DNA of 31,954 bases, from the IMG/VR virus record IMGVR_UViG_3300032221_000024, positions 1 through 31,954 of that record; one strand, written 5' to 3'. The position numbers were made by a program, and so were the translations under genes. A model generated the notes under the pieces. That model was not told where the DNA came from and made no database searches. It saw nothing but the letters and a program-made list of their open reading frames with translations. Source of the DNA: a virus (lineage: Duplodnaviria; Caudoviricetes). This document shows positions 1 to 9,448 of the stretch, piece after piece. Positions within the stretch are counted from its first letter, which is position 1, and the number at the start of each line of letters is the position of its first letter.

Positions 1-123
1 TAAGGTTTGAGCATAACGGTAAACTTTGCGACTTTGCTGGAAACGTTACAAATGCAGTAATAAAATTAATTTAGTGTTTTTTTGGGTTTATGTTTTGTAG
101 TAAAGCCTTGTCCAATCGGGCAA
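1..123. repeat. Terminal direct repeat, copy 1 (identical to 31832-31954); indicates a circularly closed phage contig
   Basis: TAAGGTTTGAGCATAACGG...CCAATCGGGCAA occurs at both ends; the 31654..31905 ORF ends inside it. Confidence 0.95.
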
Positions 124-133
124 GGTTTTTTTT
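105..133 (+). terminator. Intrinsic terminator ending the early/replication arm
   Basis: GCCTTGTCC-AATC-GGGCAAGGT stem-loop followed by a T run. Confidence 0.8.
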
Positions 134-134
134 A

Positions 135-142
135 TAACTTTG
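135..142 (+). promoter_or_regulatory. Bacteroidota-type -7 promoter box
   Basis: TAACTTTG matches TAnnTTTG, 14 nt upstream of ATG 157. Confidence 0.6.
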
Positions 143-156
143 GAAAAATTAGAAAT

Positions 157-717
157 ATGAAAATAAACGAATTAGGTTACTGGGAAACAACCGACGCAAC
201 CGGACACATTCACGACCGCAGTCTAGCCAATGCGCTTACCCAATATCTTTTGGACAATGGAATTAAAACAGTTGTCGATTTTGGTTGTGGAATGGGTGAT
301 TATGCCAAGGCGTTTAAGGCTGCTAATTTGGCCGTTGAGGCGTTCGATGGCAACCCGAATACGGAAACGCTATCGGAGGGAATTGGACGCGTCCTAGACC
401 TCTCAAAACCTTTCTATTTAAAAAAGAAGTTTGACGCGGTCCTGTCTTTAGAAGTTGGCGAGCATATACCAGCCGAGTTTGAGGACGTTTTTATTAGCAA
501 CATTACTAAGCACGCGAAAAATACGCTGATTATTTCTTGGGCAGTTGAAGGCCAAGGCGGAAGCGGACACGTTAATTGCAGAAACAACGACTACATTATT
601 GGCCAAATAACAGAACGCGGCTTTAAATACAACGAAAAGGCAAGCAATGAACTAAGAAAGGCGGCAACGAACGCGTCTTGGTTTAGTTACACTTTGCTCG
701 TTTTTGATAAGGTCTAG
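157..717 (+). CDS. Class I SAM-dependent methyltransferase (small-molecule/glycan type)
   Basis: VVDFGCGMG motif I, acidic residue at end of beta2 (EAFDG), FDAVLSLEVGEHI; ATG 157 preferred over TTG 82, which lies upstream of a terminator. Confidence 0.85.
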   Translation: MKINELGYWETTDATGHIHDRSLANALTQYLLDNGIKTVVDFGCGMGDYAKAFKAANLAVEAFDGNPNTETLSEGIGRVLDLSKPFYLKKKFDAVLSLEVGEHIPAEFEDVFISNITKHAKNTLIISWAVEGQGGSGHVNCRNNDYIIGQITERGFKYNEKASNELRKAATNASWFSYTLLVFDKV

Positions 718-737
718 CGTTCGCTGGACTTTTTTTT
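709..737 (+). terminator. Intrinsic terminator after the methyltransferase
   Basis: AAGGTCTAGC-GTTC-GCTGGACTTT followed by a T run. Confidence 0.7.
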
Positions 738-768
738 ATCTTTACTTGGATAAACAAATATTTGCAAG

Positions 769-1029
769 ATGGCAAACGGACACGGAGGAGCAAGACCCGG
801 AGGAGGTCGACGACCAAAAGCGGACGAAATTAAAATTATAGAGCAAATGGATGCGATTGCCGTCCCAGAGGACGCTTGGAAAGCGCTTTGGAACCGTTGT
901 AAAGACGGCGACATTCAGGCAATAAAGACTTGGTTAAATTACCGCTTTGGAATGCCTAAGCAACAGATTGACGTTACTACGCAAGGCGACAAGGTAACTC
1001 CGCCAATAGAATGGCTTAAAGGCAAGTAA
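769..1029 (+). CDS. Putative terminase small subunit
   Basis: N-terminal GHGGARPGGGRRPK motif; immediately upstream of TerL with TAATG overlap. Confidence 0.65.
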   Translation: MANGHGGARPGGGRRPKADEIKIIEQMDAIAVPEDAWKALWNRCKDGDIQAIKTWLNYRFGMPKQQIDVTTQGDKVTPPIEWLKGK

Positions 1030-2243
1030 TGGAGGCAATCAAATTGTTGGATAAATACCAACCGCTTTTTTATGAGCAACCGGAAACGCGTTATTATCTA
1101 GTAACTGGCGGGCGTGGTTCTGGTAAGTCTTGGACGTTGTCTATGTTTTTGCTTAACCTGACTTACGAGGAAGGCCACGTTATACTTTTTACCAGATGGA
1201 CGCTAACGAGTGCGTTTATTTCGATTATTCCGGAATTCATTGACAAAATCGAGTTAATGAATAAGGAGGGAGATTTTGAAATTACCCAAAGCGAAATTAT
1301 TAACAAGGTAACCGGCTCAAAAATCCTATTTAGAGGCATAAAAACCAGCCAAGGCACGGCAACCGCTAACCTCAAATCAATTGCTGGAGTAACTACTTGG
1401 TTACTAGACGAAGCCGAGGAATTGGTTGACGAGGATATTTTTGACCGCATAGACTTATCAGTTAGGGCCGTAGATAAGCCAAACCGCGTTTTGTTGGTAA
1501 TGAATCCAGCAACAAAAGAGCATTGGGTTTATAAACGTTTCTTTGAGGATTACGGCGTTAATTCTGGTTTTATAGGACTTAAAAACGATTGTACTTACAT
1601 CCATACGACCTATTTAGACAACATAGACAACCTTAACCCGACAGTTATAAACCGATTTGAGGCAATGCGCCAACGGAATCCAACCAAGTACAACCACATT
1701 GTTATGGGCGCCTGGATGGATAAAGCAGAGGGCGTTATTTTTGAAAACTGGAAAATTGGGAATTTTGATACGTCCTTACCTTTTGGTTTTGGGATGGACT
1801 TTGGTTTTAGCATTGATCCAACGACATTGGTAAAGGTAGCCGTCGACGAAGACAACGGCCTAATTTACTGCGATGAATGTTTTGCCGAGGTTGGCCTTAC
1901 AACCAGCGACATAGCCAAGCGCATTGGCAAACACTGCCAGCCTAACGAAATGATTGTTGCAGATAGTGCCGAGCCAAGGCTAATAAACGAGGTTTACAAC
2001 TTAGGTTTTAATATCAAACCTTGCACTAAAGGGCCAGACTCAGTAAGGTACGGAATTAAGAAAATGCAAGACTACCAGATTGTCGTAACCGCTGAAAGCA
2101 AGACGATTATAAAAGAGTTGAATAATTACATTTGGAGCGACAAACGAAGTGATACGCCTCGGGACGATTACAACCATACAATCGATGCGATTAGGTACGC
2201 GTTTGATAAATTAACGAATACCAATGATTTTTGGCACGTTTAG
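1029..2243 (+). CDS. terL: Terminase large subunit (PBSX/SPP1-like)
   Basis: Walker A GGRGSGKS, Walker B WLLDEAEE, MNP coupling motif, nuclease GMDFGFSIDP...ADSAEP...NHTIDAIRYA. Confidence 0.95.
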   Translation: MEAIKLLDKYQPLFYEQPETRYYLVTGGRGSGKSWTLSMFLLNLTYEEGHVILFTRWTLTSAFISIIPEFIDKIELMNKEGDFEITQSEIINKVTGSKILFRGIKTSQGTATANLKSIAGVTTWLLDEAEELVDEDIFDRIDLSVRAVDKPNRVLLVMNPATKEHWVYKRFFEDYGVNSGFIGLKNDCTYIHTTYLDNIDNLNPTVINRFEAMRQRNPTKYNHIVMGAWMDKAEGVIFENWKIGNFDTSLPFGFGMDFGFSIDPTTLVKVAVDEDNGLIYCDECFAEVGLTTSDIAKRIGKHCQPNEMIVADSAEPRLINEVYNLGFNIKPCTKGPDSVRYGIKKMQDYQIVVTAESKTIIKELNNYIWSDKRSDTPRDDYNHTIDAIRYAFDKLTNTNDFWHV

Positions 2244-2274
2244 GTTATCCAATGATTTTTTTATATTAATATCC

Positions 2275-2296
2275 TATTTTTACAAAAAAAGACGCA
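2275..2296 (+). promoter_or_regulatory. 22-bp element upstream of portal, identical to 5053-5074
   Basis: TATTTTTACAAAAAAAGACGCA. Confidence 0.65.
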
Positions 2297-2300
2297 CGGA

Positions 2301-3680
2301 ATGAATTACATCGACCGCATCAAATCCCTAGTTGGACTTAATAAAAAGGACGCAACATATTTAAACGCCGTTTTCCCTTACTTGGGTAACAACGTAATCT
2401 GGACCGCGCCAACAACGCAAAACTTTGTCGAAAAAGGTCTTTACCTTAACTCCGACCTTTACTCGATTATTAACCTAATCGTTAACAAGTTGTCAGCGGC
2501 TCCGCTTATTACTTACGAAATAACAGACGAAAAGGCTTTTAAATATTACAAGGCAATGAGCGGAACAATGCCAAACTCTGGCGCCAAATGGTCCGCTGAA
2601 AAATTGCGAACTAAGGCAATGGAAGAGGTTAATATTCCTGAATTAGACCGATTGCTAAAAAAGCCAAACGAATTCCAAACGTGGGACCTCTGGTTAAAAG
2701 AAATTGCAGCCTTTAGATTAATTACTGGGAATGCTTATATGTACGGCGCAAGACGTGGAGACCAACCTAACGCGCCAATTATTGCGCTTTATTCTTTGCC
2801 GTCTCAGTATATGGAAATTATTTCTGGCGGACTAAACCAACCTATTAAGGAGTATCGTTTAACTTACAACGGTTACGAGCGCATCGATGCCAAAAATGTT
2901 GGACACTTAAAGAATTTTAATATTAGTTACCAGGCTGGCACGGCAAACCATCTTTATGGCGCCTCACCTTTACGCTCCGCGGTTCGTGATCTAACCACGT
3001 CAAACGATGGAAAGCAAGCGCTTTTAAGTATGCTCCAAAATATGGGAGCGCGTGGTATACTAACGGGAGACGGAAGCGTTAACATTACACGCGAGCAAGC
3101 GCAAGGCTTAAAAGAGGATTACGCGCACAATTACCAAGGATCAAACAGAGCGGGCGACGTAATCATTACGCCAGCCAAATTGTCTTGGGTGCAGATGGGA
3201 ATGAATGCCGTTGATATGTCTATTATCGACACGCAAAAAGTAATTTTACGCTCTTTGTGCCGCGTTTACGGCGTCGATGCAAAACTACTTGGTGATACTG
3301 AGGCAAGCACGTTTAATAATACCGAGACGGCTTACAAGGCCCTAATTAATAACGTTGTGCGTCCGTTGCACGTTGAGATCAGAGACGTACTAAACAACTG
3401 GCTTTTGCCAAGTTACGGCAAAAACAACTACTTTGTCGATTTCGATTATATGGCCTATCCGGAAATGCAAGACGATATGGACAAACTTGTTCAGCAATTG
3501 TCTGCGGCTTACTGGTTAACGCCTAACGAGAAACGTACGGCAATGAATTACGGAGTTTACGAGAATGAGTTAATGAATAAGCCATTTATTCCACAGGGTT
3601 TAATGACCTTGGACGAATACGGCGCGCAACCAGTTGACAACATAGACAACGTGGGAGACTATGCCGAAACCAACGCGTAA
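2301..3680 (+). CDS. Portal protein (HK97 family)
   Basis: LLKKPNEFQT, LITGNAY, YGASPL, LCRVYGV..KLLG, STFNNTE, LTPNEKR motifs; follows TerL. Confidence 0.93.
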   Translation: MNYIDRIKSLVGLNKKDATYLNAVFPYLGNNVIWTAPTTQNFVEKGLYLNSDLYSIINLIVNKLSAAPLITYEITDEKAFKYYKAMSGTMPNSGAKWSAEKLRTKAMEEVNIPELDRLLKKPNEFQTWDLWLKEIAAFRLITGNAYMYGARRGDQPNAPIIALYSLPSQYMEIISGGLNQPIKEYRLTYNGYERIDAKNVGHLKNFNISYQAGTANHLYGASPLRSAVRDLTTSNDGKQALLSMLQNMGARGILTGDGSVNITREQAQGLKEDYAHNYQGSNRAGDVIITPAKLSWVQMGMNAVDMSIIDTQKVILRSLCRVYGVDAKLLGDTEASTFNNTETAYKALINNVVRPLHVEIRDVLNNWLLPSYGKNNYFVDFDYMAYPEMQDDMDKLVQQLSAAYWLTPNEKRTAMNYGVYENELMNKPFIPQGLMTLDEYGAQPVDNIDNVGDYAETNA

Positions 3681-4446
3681 GGAAATTGCTTTAGCCAATC
3701 AATTAGATGCTTTGCAAAGGCGTTACGAGAGGCGATACGAAAAGCAGATTTATACGGCTTTAAAGAAGCAATTAAAGCCTTATTTGGACGCTATTAAAGA
3801 GGCGCCAGGGAATATAAACGAGTTCGACCTAATTAGTCCAGCGCCATTGGCTGACGTTTTAGAGGACCTTTACGTTACCGCTGGCGTTGCGTATGCGGAC
3901 GCAATGTATAACGCAATACAACCGCCAACAAAAGCAACTAAAGAAGCGTTACGCGCTGGATGGCGTGACTTTATGCGACGCTTTGCCGTGGTTAATATAA
4001 CCGGTTTACTGCTAGACATTAATAAAACCTCGCGAGACATTATCCAGAGAATAGTTACTATTGGTTTACGGGATGGCAAAGGGGTTCCAGACATTGCGCG
4101 GACAATAGAGCAAAGCGTTGGCGCCATATTTACCAACCGATCCAAATTGATTGCACGGACTGAAATGGTAAAGGCAACCAACACCGCGGCAATGCAATCG
4201 TCCGCTACCTCGGATTTTATGTACGAAAAGAAATGGCTACCAGCCAGCGACCAACGTACTCGTCCGGATCACTTGGCAATGCTTAATTCTCAATGGATTC
4301 CTTTCGACGCAAAGTTTAGCGTTGGTGGCGTTCAGATGGACCGACCAGGCGACCCAAGCGCGCCAGCCTCTCAAGTATGTAATTGCCGCTGCAAGGTTGT
4401 ATTTAGATTAATGCGAGACGTTGACGGCTTACCGATTCGTAAATGA
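3661..4446 (+). CDS. Minor head/head morphogenesis protein (Mu gpF/SPP1 gp7 family)
   Basis: RSKLIARTE, KKWL...DQRTRPDH, PGDP...CNCRC. Confidence 0.9.
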   Translation: MPKPTRKEIALANQLDALQRRYERRYEKQIYTALKKQLKPYLDAIKEAPGNINEFDLISPAPLADVLEDLYVTAGVAYADAMYNAIQPPTKATKEALRAGWRDFMRRFAVVNITGLLLDINKTSRDIIQRIVTIGLRDGKGVPDIARTIEQSVGAIFTNRSKLIARTEMVKATNTAAMQSSATSDFMYEKKWLPASDQRTRPDHLAMLNSQWIPFDAKFSVGGVQMDRPGDPSAPASQVCNCRCKVVFRLMRDVDGLPIRK

Positions 4447-5021
4447 TTGCAAAGGTTATTAATTTGGATTCACGCCGTGATAAATGGCGCGCGTGCGAAA
4501 TGGAGTTGGGGCCGCACTTTGAACTTGAGCGCGTTTCCGCAATACGCCACGAATGGGGATGGGTTGGACTAGCCAAAACATTTAATAAAATATTTGCAGA
4601 AGCCGAGGGCGACGTTTTAATTTTTGAAGACGACGCAACATATAGAGGATGGGTAACTAATCTTTTAAACGCAATTAAGGATTTACCGGAAGGCTGGGAA
4701 ATGTTAATGCTTGGCGCAAATATTAAGGATCAAAGGATTGACAGGATAAACAACACGTTGGCCAGAACGTACGGCGCCTGGACAACTCACGGCATTTACT
4801 ATTCTCACAAACTTTGCAAAGAGTTATCAAACCTAGAGTTTAGCGTTCCAATAGACGAATACTTTAGGACTGTTGTACATCCACGCGGCAACAGTTACGT
4901 CGTTTACCCGTTCCTAAGTTACCAGCGTCCAAGCGAGTCAGATATAGAAGGCGGCTTTAAAGATTACACTAATTTATTTTATCAATCCGAGGAAAGAGTT
5001 GGCTATTTTGTAAACCAGTAA
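4443..5021 (+). CDS. Glycosyltransferase, GT25-like (GT-A fold)
   Basis: VINLDSRRDKW N-terminus, LIFEDDA motif, PIDEYF, QRPSESDI; ATGA overlap with gp7. Confidence 0.8.
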   Translation: MIAKVINLDSRRDKWRACEMELGPHFELERVSAIRHEWGWVGLAKTFNKIFAEAEGDVLIFEDDATYRGWVTNLLNAIKDLPEGWEMLMLGANIKDQRIDRINNTLARTYGAWTTHGIYYSHKLCKELSNLEFSVPIDEYFRTVVHPRGNSYVVYPFLSYQRPSESDIEGGFKDYTNLFYQSEERVGYFVNQ

Positions 5022-5029
5022 TTTATTGG

Positions 5030-5074
5030 TTTGCTTTTTTTTTTAACCCTTTTATTTTTACAAAAAAAGACGCA
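5030..5074 (+). promoter_or_regulatory. Candidate promoter for the protease/capsid operon
   Basis: TTTG-N19-TATTTTTA, whose last 8 nt begin the 22-bp element shared with the portal leader. Confidence 0.6.
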
Positions 5075-5788
5075 ATGATTTACAAGAATATAAGCAGCGG
5101 AATTATTGAAGACGTTGACGACGTTAAAGGAATCGTTACCGGTTACTTTTCCGCGTTTAATAACATTGACTCGGACGGCGACGTTATCGTTTCTGGCGCA
5201 TATAAAAAGACCGTAGCGGAAAACGGGCCAATGGGACGCAACCGCATTATGCACTTGCTCCAACATAATCCTCTTATGCCATTGGCTAAACCAATGGAAT
5301 TAATCGAAGACGCTAAAGGATTGCGTTTTGTTTCTAAAATTACAGAGACCAGTTACGGCAAAGACGTAATTAAACTTTATGCTGAGGGCGTATTTAATGA
5401 GCATAGCGTTGGATTTGAAATTGTAAAGAGCGACAATAAAGCCGGTTACCGAGAAATTAGAGAAATTAAACTTTGGGAAGGTTCGACTGTTACTTGGGGA
5501 GCCAATGCTAACACACCAATCGAATCGATGAAGTCTTGGGATAAGCCAAAAAGCGAAGATATGATTGCAAAAATGTGCAACCTTATCCGCAAAGGCGATT
5601 TAACTGACGAAAGTTTAATAACTTTGGAAATTGCATTAAAGCAAATCGAACAACATTTAAAGTCCTTGCATTTAGACCCAGTTACGCAAAAGGAATCCGG
5701 CGCAAGTCAATTCATAATTGAGCAAGACCCGAGTTTGGCAATGGCTTTAGAGTTTGAATATTTACCTAAACTTAAAAAATTTATTTAA
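5075..5788 (+). CDS. Prohead maturation protease (HK97 family)
   Basis: GYFSAFNNIDSDGD, LLQHN (His), EHSVGF (Ser), LWEGSTVTWGAN. Confidence 0.93.
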   Translation: MIYKNISSGIIEDVDDVKGIVTGYFSAFNNIDSDGDVIVSGAYKKTVAENGPMGRNRIMHLLQHNPLMPLAKPMELIEDAKGLRFVSKITETSYGKDVIKLYAEGVFNEHSVGFEIVKSDNKAGYREIREIKLWEGSTVTWGANANTPIESMKSWDKPKSEDMIAKMCNLIRKGDLTDESLITLEIALKQIEQHLKSLHLDPVTQKESGASQFIIEQDPSLAMALEFEYLPKLKKFI

Positions 5789-5795
5789 CAACAAA

Positions 5796-6998
5796 ATGGA
5801 AGCAATTAAATCACAATTGGACTCTGTATTGGCTAAATTGGAAGGAAACGAAGCGTTGATTTCCGACGTAAAGTCAATGAAAGAAGCGGGCGAGGAATTC
5901 AGAAAGAATTTGACTCAAGAAACCGCAAAACTAAACGAAAAAGCAACTGCGCTACAGGCTCAACTTGACCAAGTAGACGCAAGAACGCAAGCGGGTTTCG
6001 CAAGCGCACAAAAAGGCTATTCTTTTTCTAGCGAACTAGAGAAAGCATTTGCCTCTGACGCTTTCGGAAACTACAAGAGCGGAAACGCTAACAAGGTAAA
6101 GTTGGACCTTGAATTGAAAGGCGGAGATATGACAGTAGGAAACGCTTATACTGGCGAAGTTATCCCAGCGGACCGCGTTCCAGATTTGAAGTTTACTCCA
6201 AACAGAAAAGTAAACGTTCGTCAATTGTTGCCAGTTGGACAAACCTCTAGCAACCTTATCCGTTTCGTACGCGAGAGCGCTTACGATAACGCTGCAACTC
6301 CAACCGCTCAGGGTTCTCCAAAGCCTCAATCTGATTTCGATTTGACCGCAGTAGATCGTTCTATCCGTACAATCCCTACTTTTATGAGATTGACTAAGGA
6401 AATGTTGGACGATACTCCAGGCTTGATTGCTTACCTTTCTAGCCGTGCGCCAAGCAAACTTTTGAACGTTGAAGATACCCAAATTCTTTACGGGTCTGGA
6501 ATCGGTCAAAACTTGCACGGTTTCGCAACAGATGGCTCCGCATATACCAACGTTTCTTTTGGTACTACCATCAACAGATTCGACGTTCTAGCGGCTGCGG
6601 TTGTTCAAACAACTAAGAATGAGTATAGCCCTAACGCTATTATGATTAACCCAACCGACTACTTGAGACTTGTTTCTACAAAAGAAACTGCTGGCGCCTA
6701 TGTGTTGCCGTCTTATGTTTCAATGTCTGGAGGTCAAATGTTCATTATGGGCGTTCCAGTTTACGCAATTAATGGCGTTGTTGCTGGCGATTTCTTCGTT
6801 GGAGATTTGGCGCTTGGTTCTCAGTTGTTCGTACGTCAGGGCATTACGCTTGAATTCTTTGAGCAAGATGCTGACAACGTAACTAAAAACTTTGTAACTG
6901 TACGCGTTGAGGAAAGAATTGCACTTGCAGTTTACACTTCTCAGTCAATCGTTTACGGATCATTTGCTGCGGCTCTTGCTTCCGGTTCTGGTAACTAA
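5796..6998 (+). CDS. Major capsid protein (HK97 fold) with N-terminal coiled-coil delta domain
   Basis: LTKEMLDD, EDTQILYGSG, MINPTDY, IMGVPV, FFVGD, VTVRVEER; ATG 5796 preceded by ACAAA. Confidence 0.95.
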   Translation: MEAIKSQLDSVLAKLEGNEALISDVKSMKEAGEEFRKNLTQETAKLNEKATALQAQLDQVDARTQAGFASAQKGYSFSSELEKAFASDAFGNYKSGNANKVKLDLELKGGDMTVGNAYTGEVIPADRVPDLKFTPNRKVNVRQLLPVGQTSSNLIRFVRESAYDNAATPTAQGSPKPQSDFDLTAVDRSIRTIPTFMRLTKEMLDDTPGLIAYLSSRAPSKLLNVEDTQILYGSGIGQNLHGFATDGSAYTNVSFGTTINRFDVLAAAVVQTTKNEYSPNAIMINPTDYLRLVSTKETAGAYVLPSYVSMSGGQMFIMGVPVYAINGVVAGDFFVGDLALGSQLFVRQGITLEFFEQDADNVTKNFVTVRVEERIALAVYTSQSIVYGSFAAALASGSGN

Positions 6999-7026
6999 TT
7001 TCATAGGTTAGTTTTAGTTGAAAATT

Positions 7027-7053
7027 CCCGCACAATTTTGTGCGGGTTTTTTT
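7027..7053 (+). terminator. Intrinsic terminator after the capsid gene
   Basis: CCCGCACAA/TTGTGCGGG inverted repeat followed by T7. Confidence 0.9.
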
Positions 7054-7100
7054 ATTTATTTAAAAATCAATAGGTTTACTAAAACCAAAGCAAAAAATTT

Positions 7101-8087
7101 ATGAATGTAGTTTTTTTTGTACACGCGTGGGCGGGAACGCATAACTCGGGCGCCGAGTGGACAGTTCAGCACTACGCCAAATTTTTGCATCAAAAGGGAT
7201 GCAGCATCGAGGTAATTTTACCAGAAAACCAGATTTATCCAGACGGCGAAAAGTTTGCGTTTATAAAATTTATAACCGGCTATTATTCCAATGAGTTTTT
7301 TTTAGCGCTCAGTAATGCCGACGTTGTCTTTACCCATTTAGATAATACAGGCGTTGCAATTAATTGGGCAAGGCATTTTAAAAAGCATTTGATTTTCCTT
7401 AGCCACAACGACCACGATTATAGAATTGTGCGAGCAAGGCAAGCCAATATTTCGGTCGTTTATAACAACAAAGCAAACGAGAAAAACGTAGGCGGTGGTC
7501 CTTATCCTAACCCGTCAATTGTTTGCAAACCTCCGATTTTCCCAGACGACGTAAAATATAACCGCAAGCACGGGCAGAACGTTACGCTTATTAATTGCAA
7601 CGAAAACAAAGGAGGCAAAATACTGGTGGAACTTGCCAAGCGATTGCCTAAAATTAAATTTCTTGGTGTGCTAGGTAGTTACGGCGAGCAGATAATTGAC
7701 GACACTTATAAAAATTTAAAGTACGTTCCGCAAACGCCTGACATTCATTTGATTTATGGCAAATCAAACATTGTTTTGATGCCAAGCGATTACGAGAGTT
7801 ATGGACGTGTAGCGTTAGAGGCTGCGATTAATCGGTTACCAGTTATTTGCACGCCAACAGACGGCTTAAAAGAATGCCTTGGGGCCGCTGGCCTTTACTT
7901 TGACCGCGACGACCTAGACGGAATGGCTAAGAAAATTGAGGAATTAATGACAGACGAAATTCTTTACGACTTTCACCAAAACATTATGCGCAACTTGGCA
8001 GACGAACGGCTAAAATACCAAGACCAAGAATTGGAAGCATTTTATACCTTTATCGTTGACAAAGCAAAACGAGATTATAATGAGTGA
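7101..8087 (+). CDS. Glycosyltransferase, GT4-like (GT-B fold)
   Basis: SGAE N-terminal loop, NKGG, LMPSDYESYGRVALEAA (EX7E), LPVI....GLKE. Confidence 0.9.
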   Translation: MNVVFFVHAWAGTHNSGAEWTVQHYAKFLHQKGCSIEVILPENQIYPDGEKFAFIKFITGYYSNEFFLALSNADVVFTHLDNTGVAINWARHFKKHLIFLSHNDHDYRIVRARQANISVVYNNKANEKNVGGGPYPNPSIVCKPPIFPDDVKYNRKHGQNVTLINCNENKGGKILVELAKRLPKIKFLGVLGSYGEQIIDDTYKNLKYVPQTPDIHLIYGKSNIVLMPSDYESYGRVALEAAINRLPVICTPTDGLKECLGAAGLYFDRDDLDGMAKKIEELMTDEILYDFHQNIMRNLADERLKYQDQELEAFYTFIVDKAKRDYNE

Positions 8088-8667
8088 TTTACTTTATACA
8101 CCTAGCAACGGATCATTTACTGGCTATTCCGTACAACTAGCAACTGGCGCAGTTACTGAGCCAATTACATTGCAAGAAGCAAAAGATTACGCGAGAATCG
8201 ACGGCTTTAGCGAGGACGCATTAATTACTAGCCTAATAACAATGGCGCGCACACATTGCGAGTCGTATACTGGTAAATGCATTGTCCCTAAGACCGTAAC
8301 TATTACCTCGTTTACTTACCCATATCAATTCCAAATGCCTTACGGTCCGCTAACAAACGAGTTAAATATTAGTAAATGCGTAACGCTAGACCAAAACGGC
8401 GTTGAAACGCCATTAACTTACCAGGTAAACGCTGGCTTGTTTCCAAAACTTGTAATTCTTGGCGGCGCTCAAAGTTACAAGTTTAAGTTGGTTTATACCG
8501 CTGGCTTTGGGGTTGTTCCAGAGGATATTAAACTAGCCATTAAAATGATGGTAAACACGCTTTACGAACGCCGCGAGGACTTTAGCGATTTACAGGCCAT
8601 TGAGTCGCCTTTAGGTGTTAAAGCCTTGTTAATGCCATATAAAACTTATAACTGGTTTGGAGCGTGA
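8080..8667 (+). CDS. Head-tail connector/adaptor (gp6-like)
   Basis: EPITLQEAKDYARID..EDALI; YTAGF..VPEDIKLAIKMMV..LYERRE. Confidence 0.88.
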   Translation: MSDLLYTPSNGSFTGYSVQLATGAVTEPITLQEAKDYARIDGFSEDALITSLITMARTHCESYTGKCIVPKTVTITSFTYPYQFQMPYGPLTNELNISKCVTLDQNGVETPLTYQVNAGLFPKLVILGGAQSYKFKLVYTAGFGVVPEDIKLAIKMMVNTLYERREDFSDLQAIESPLGVKALLMPYKTYNWFGA

Positions 8668-9005
8668 GGACTAATAAGGAAATTAAAGCGGGCGATTTGC
8701 GGGAACGCATTTCGTTTTTAAATTCAAACCTTAGCGCAGACGGTTACGGCGGTTTTTATTCCGCGCCTGGTTTAGTTTATACTTGTTGGGCCAAAGTAAC
8801 CAACTTGTCCGGACGTCGTCAAAATTCCGAGGATCAAATGGTTATAAAAAACCAATGGGAAATAATTATAAGAGACAATCCTTTAGTTACACTTAGTAAG
8901 TCGATGCATATAACTTATGCTGGTCAAACGTTTATAATCGACTCATTCATTGACGCGCTAGAATATGACCGAATGATTAGAATTATAGCAATGGAAAGGG
9001 AATAA
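8664..9005 (+). CDS. Head closure / head-tail joining protein (SPP1 gp16-like)
   Basis: AGDLRERISF...DGYGG...CWAKV pattern; position. Confidence 0.85.
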   Translation: MRTNKEIKAGDLRERISFLNSNLSADGYGGFYSAPGLVYTCWAKVTNLSGRRQNSEDQMVIKNQWEIIIRDNPLVTLSKSMHITYAGQTFIIDSFIDALEYDRMIRIIAMERE

Positions 9006-9448
9006 TGTTAAGTATCGAATTTAATAAGCAAAGTTTAAACGCGTTTTACAAGTATTTAAAAGACTTGGAGGGCCAGGTTGCGGACTATGTTCGAGCGGAA
9101 ATAGAGGACTCGATGCTTTCAATTGAGACGGACGCGGCAAGCGACGTGCCAGTTGATACCGGAGCGCTAAAAAATAGCATACAATCAACGCCAATAAAGG
9201 CAACTAAAAACCAGATTACTGGAGGCGTGGAGGTTGGCGCTGAGTATTCGCCTTATATTGAGTTTGGAACTGGCAGCCGTGTAAAAGTACCTAACGAATT
9301 AAGCGATTTCGCGGCTCAGTACAAAGGTGCTGGAATTAAGGAAGTCAATTTACCAGCACGACCTTTCTTTTATCCGGCGGTATGGAAGCAACGCCAAGAA
9401 TTGCCGAAAAATATTGAGCGAACGTTAAAAAAATTATTTGAAAAATGA
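9005..9448 (+). CDS. HK97 gp10-like neck protein
   Basis: PVDTGALKNSI, YSPYIEFGT, PARPFFYPA. Confidence 0.88.
   Translation: MLSIEFNKQSLNAFYKYLKDLEGQVADYVRAEIEDSMLSIETDAASDVPVDTGALKNSIQSTPIKATKNQITGGVEVGAEYSPYIEFGTGSRVKVPNELSDFAAQYKGAGIKEVNLPARPFFYPAVWKQRQELPKNIERTLKKLFEK

Noticed and set aside
82-156. N-terminal extension of the methyltransferase from TTG 82
   Set aside because: It spans a terminator and the promoter box; ATG 157 is the better start.
2221-2260. 12-bp direct repeat CCAATGATTTTT around the TerL stop
   Set aside because: Short, AT-rich and only two copies; no supportable function.
1163-6882. Antisense or alternate-frame ORFs inside TerL, gp7, protease and capsid genes
   Set aside because: Short, no recognisable motifs, fully inside well-supported genes.
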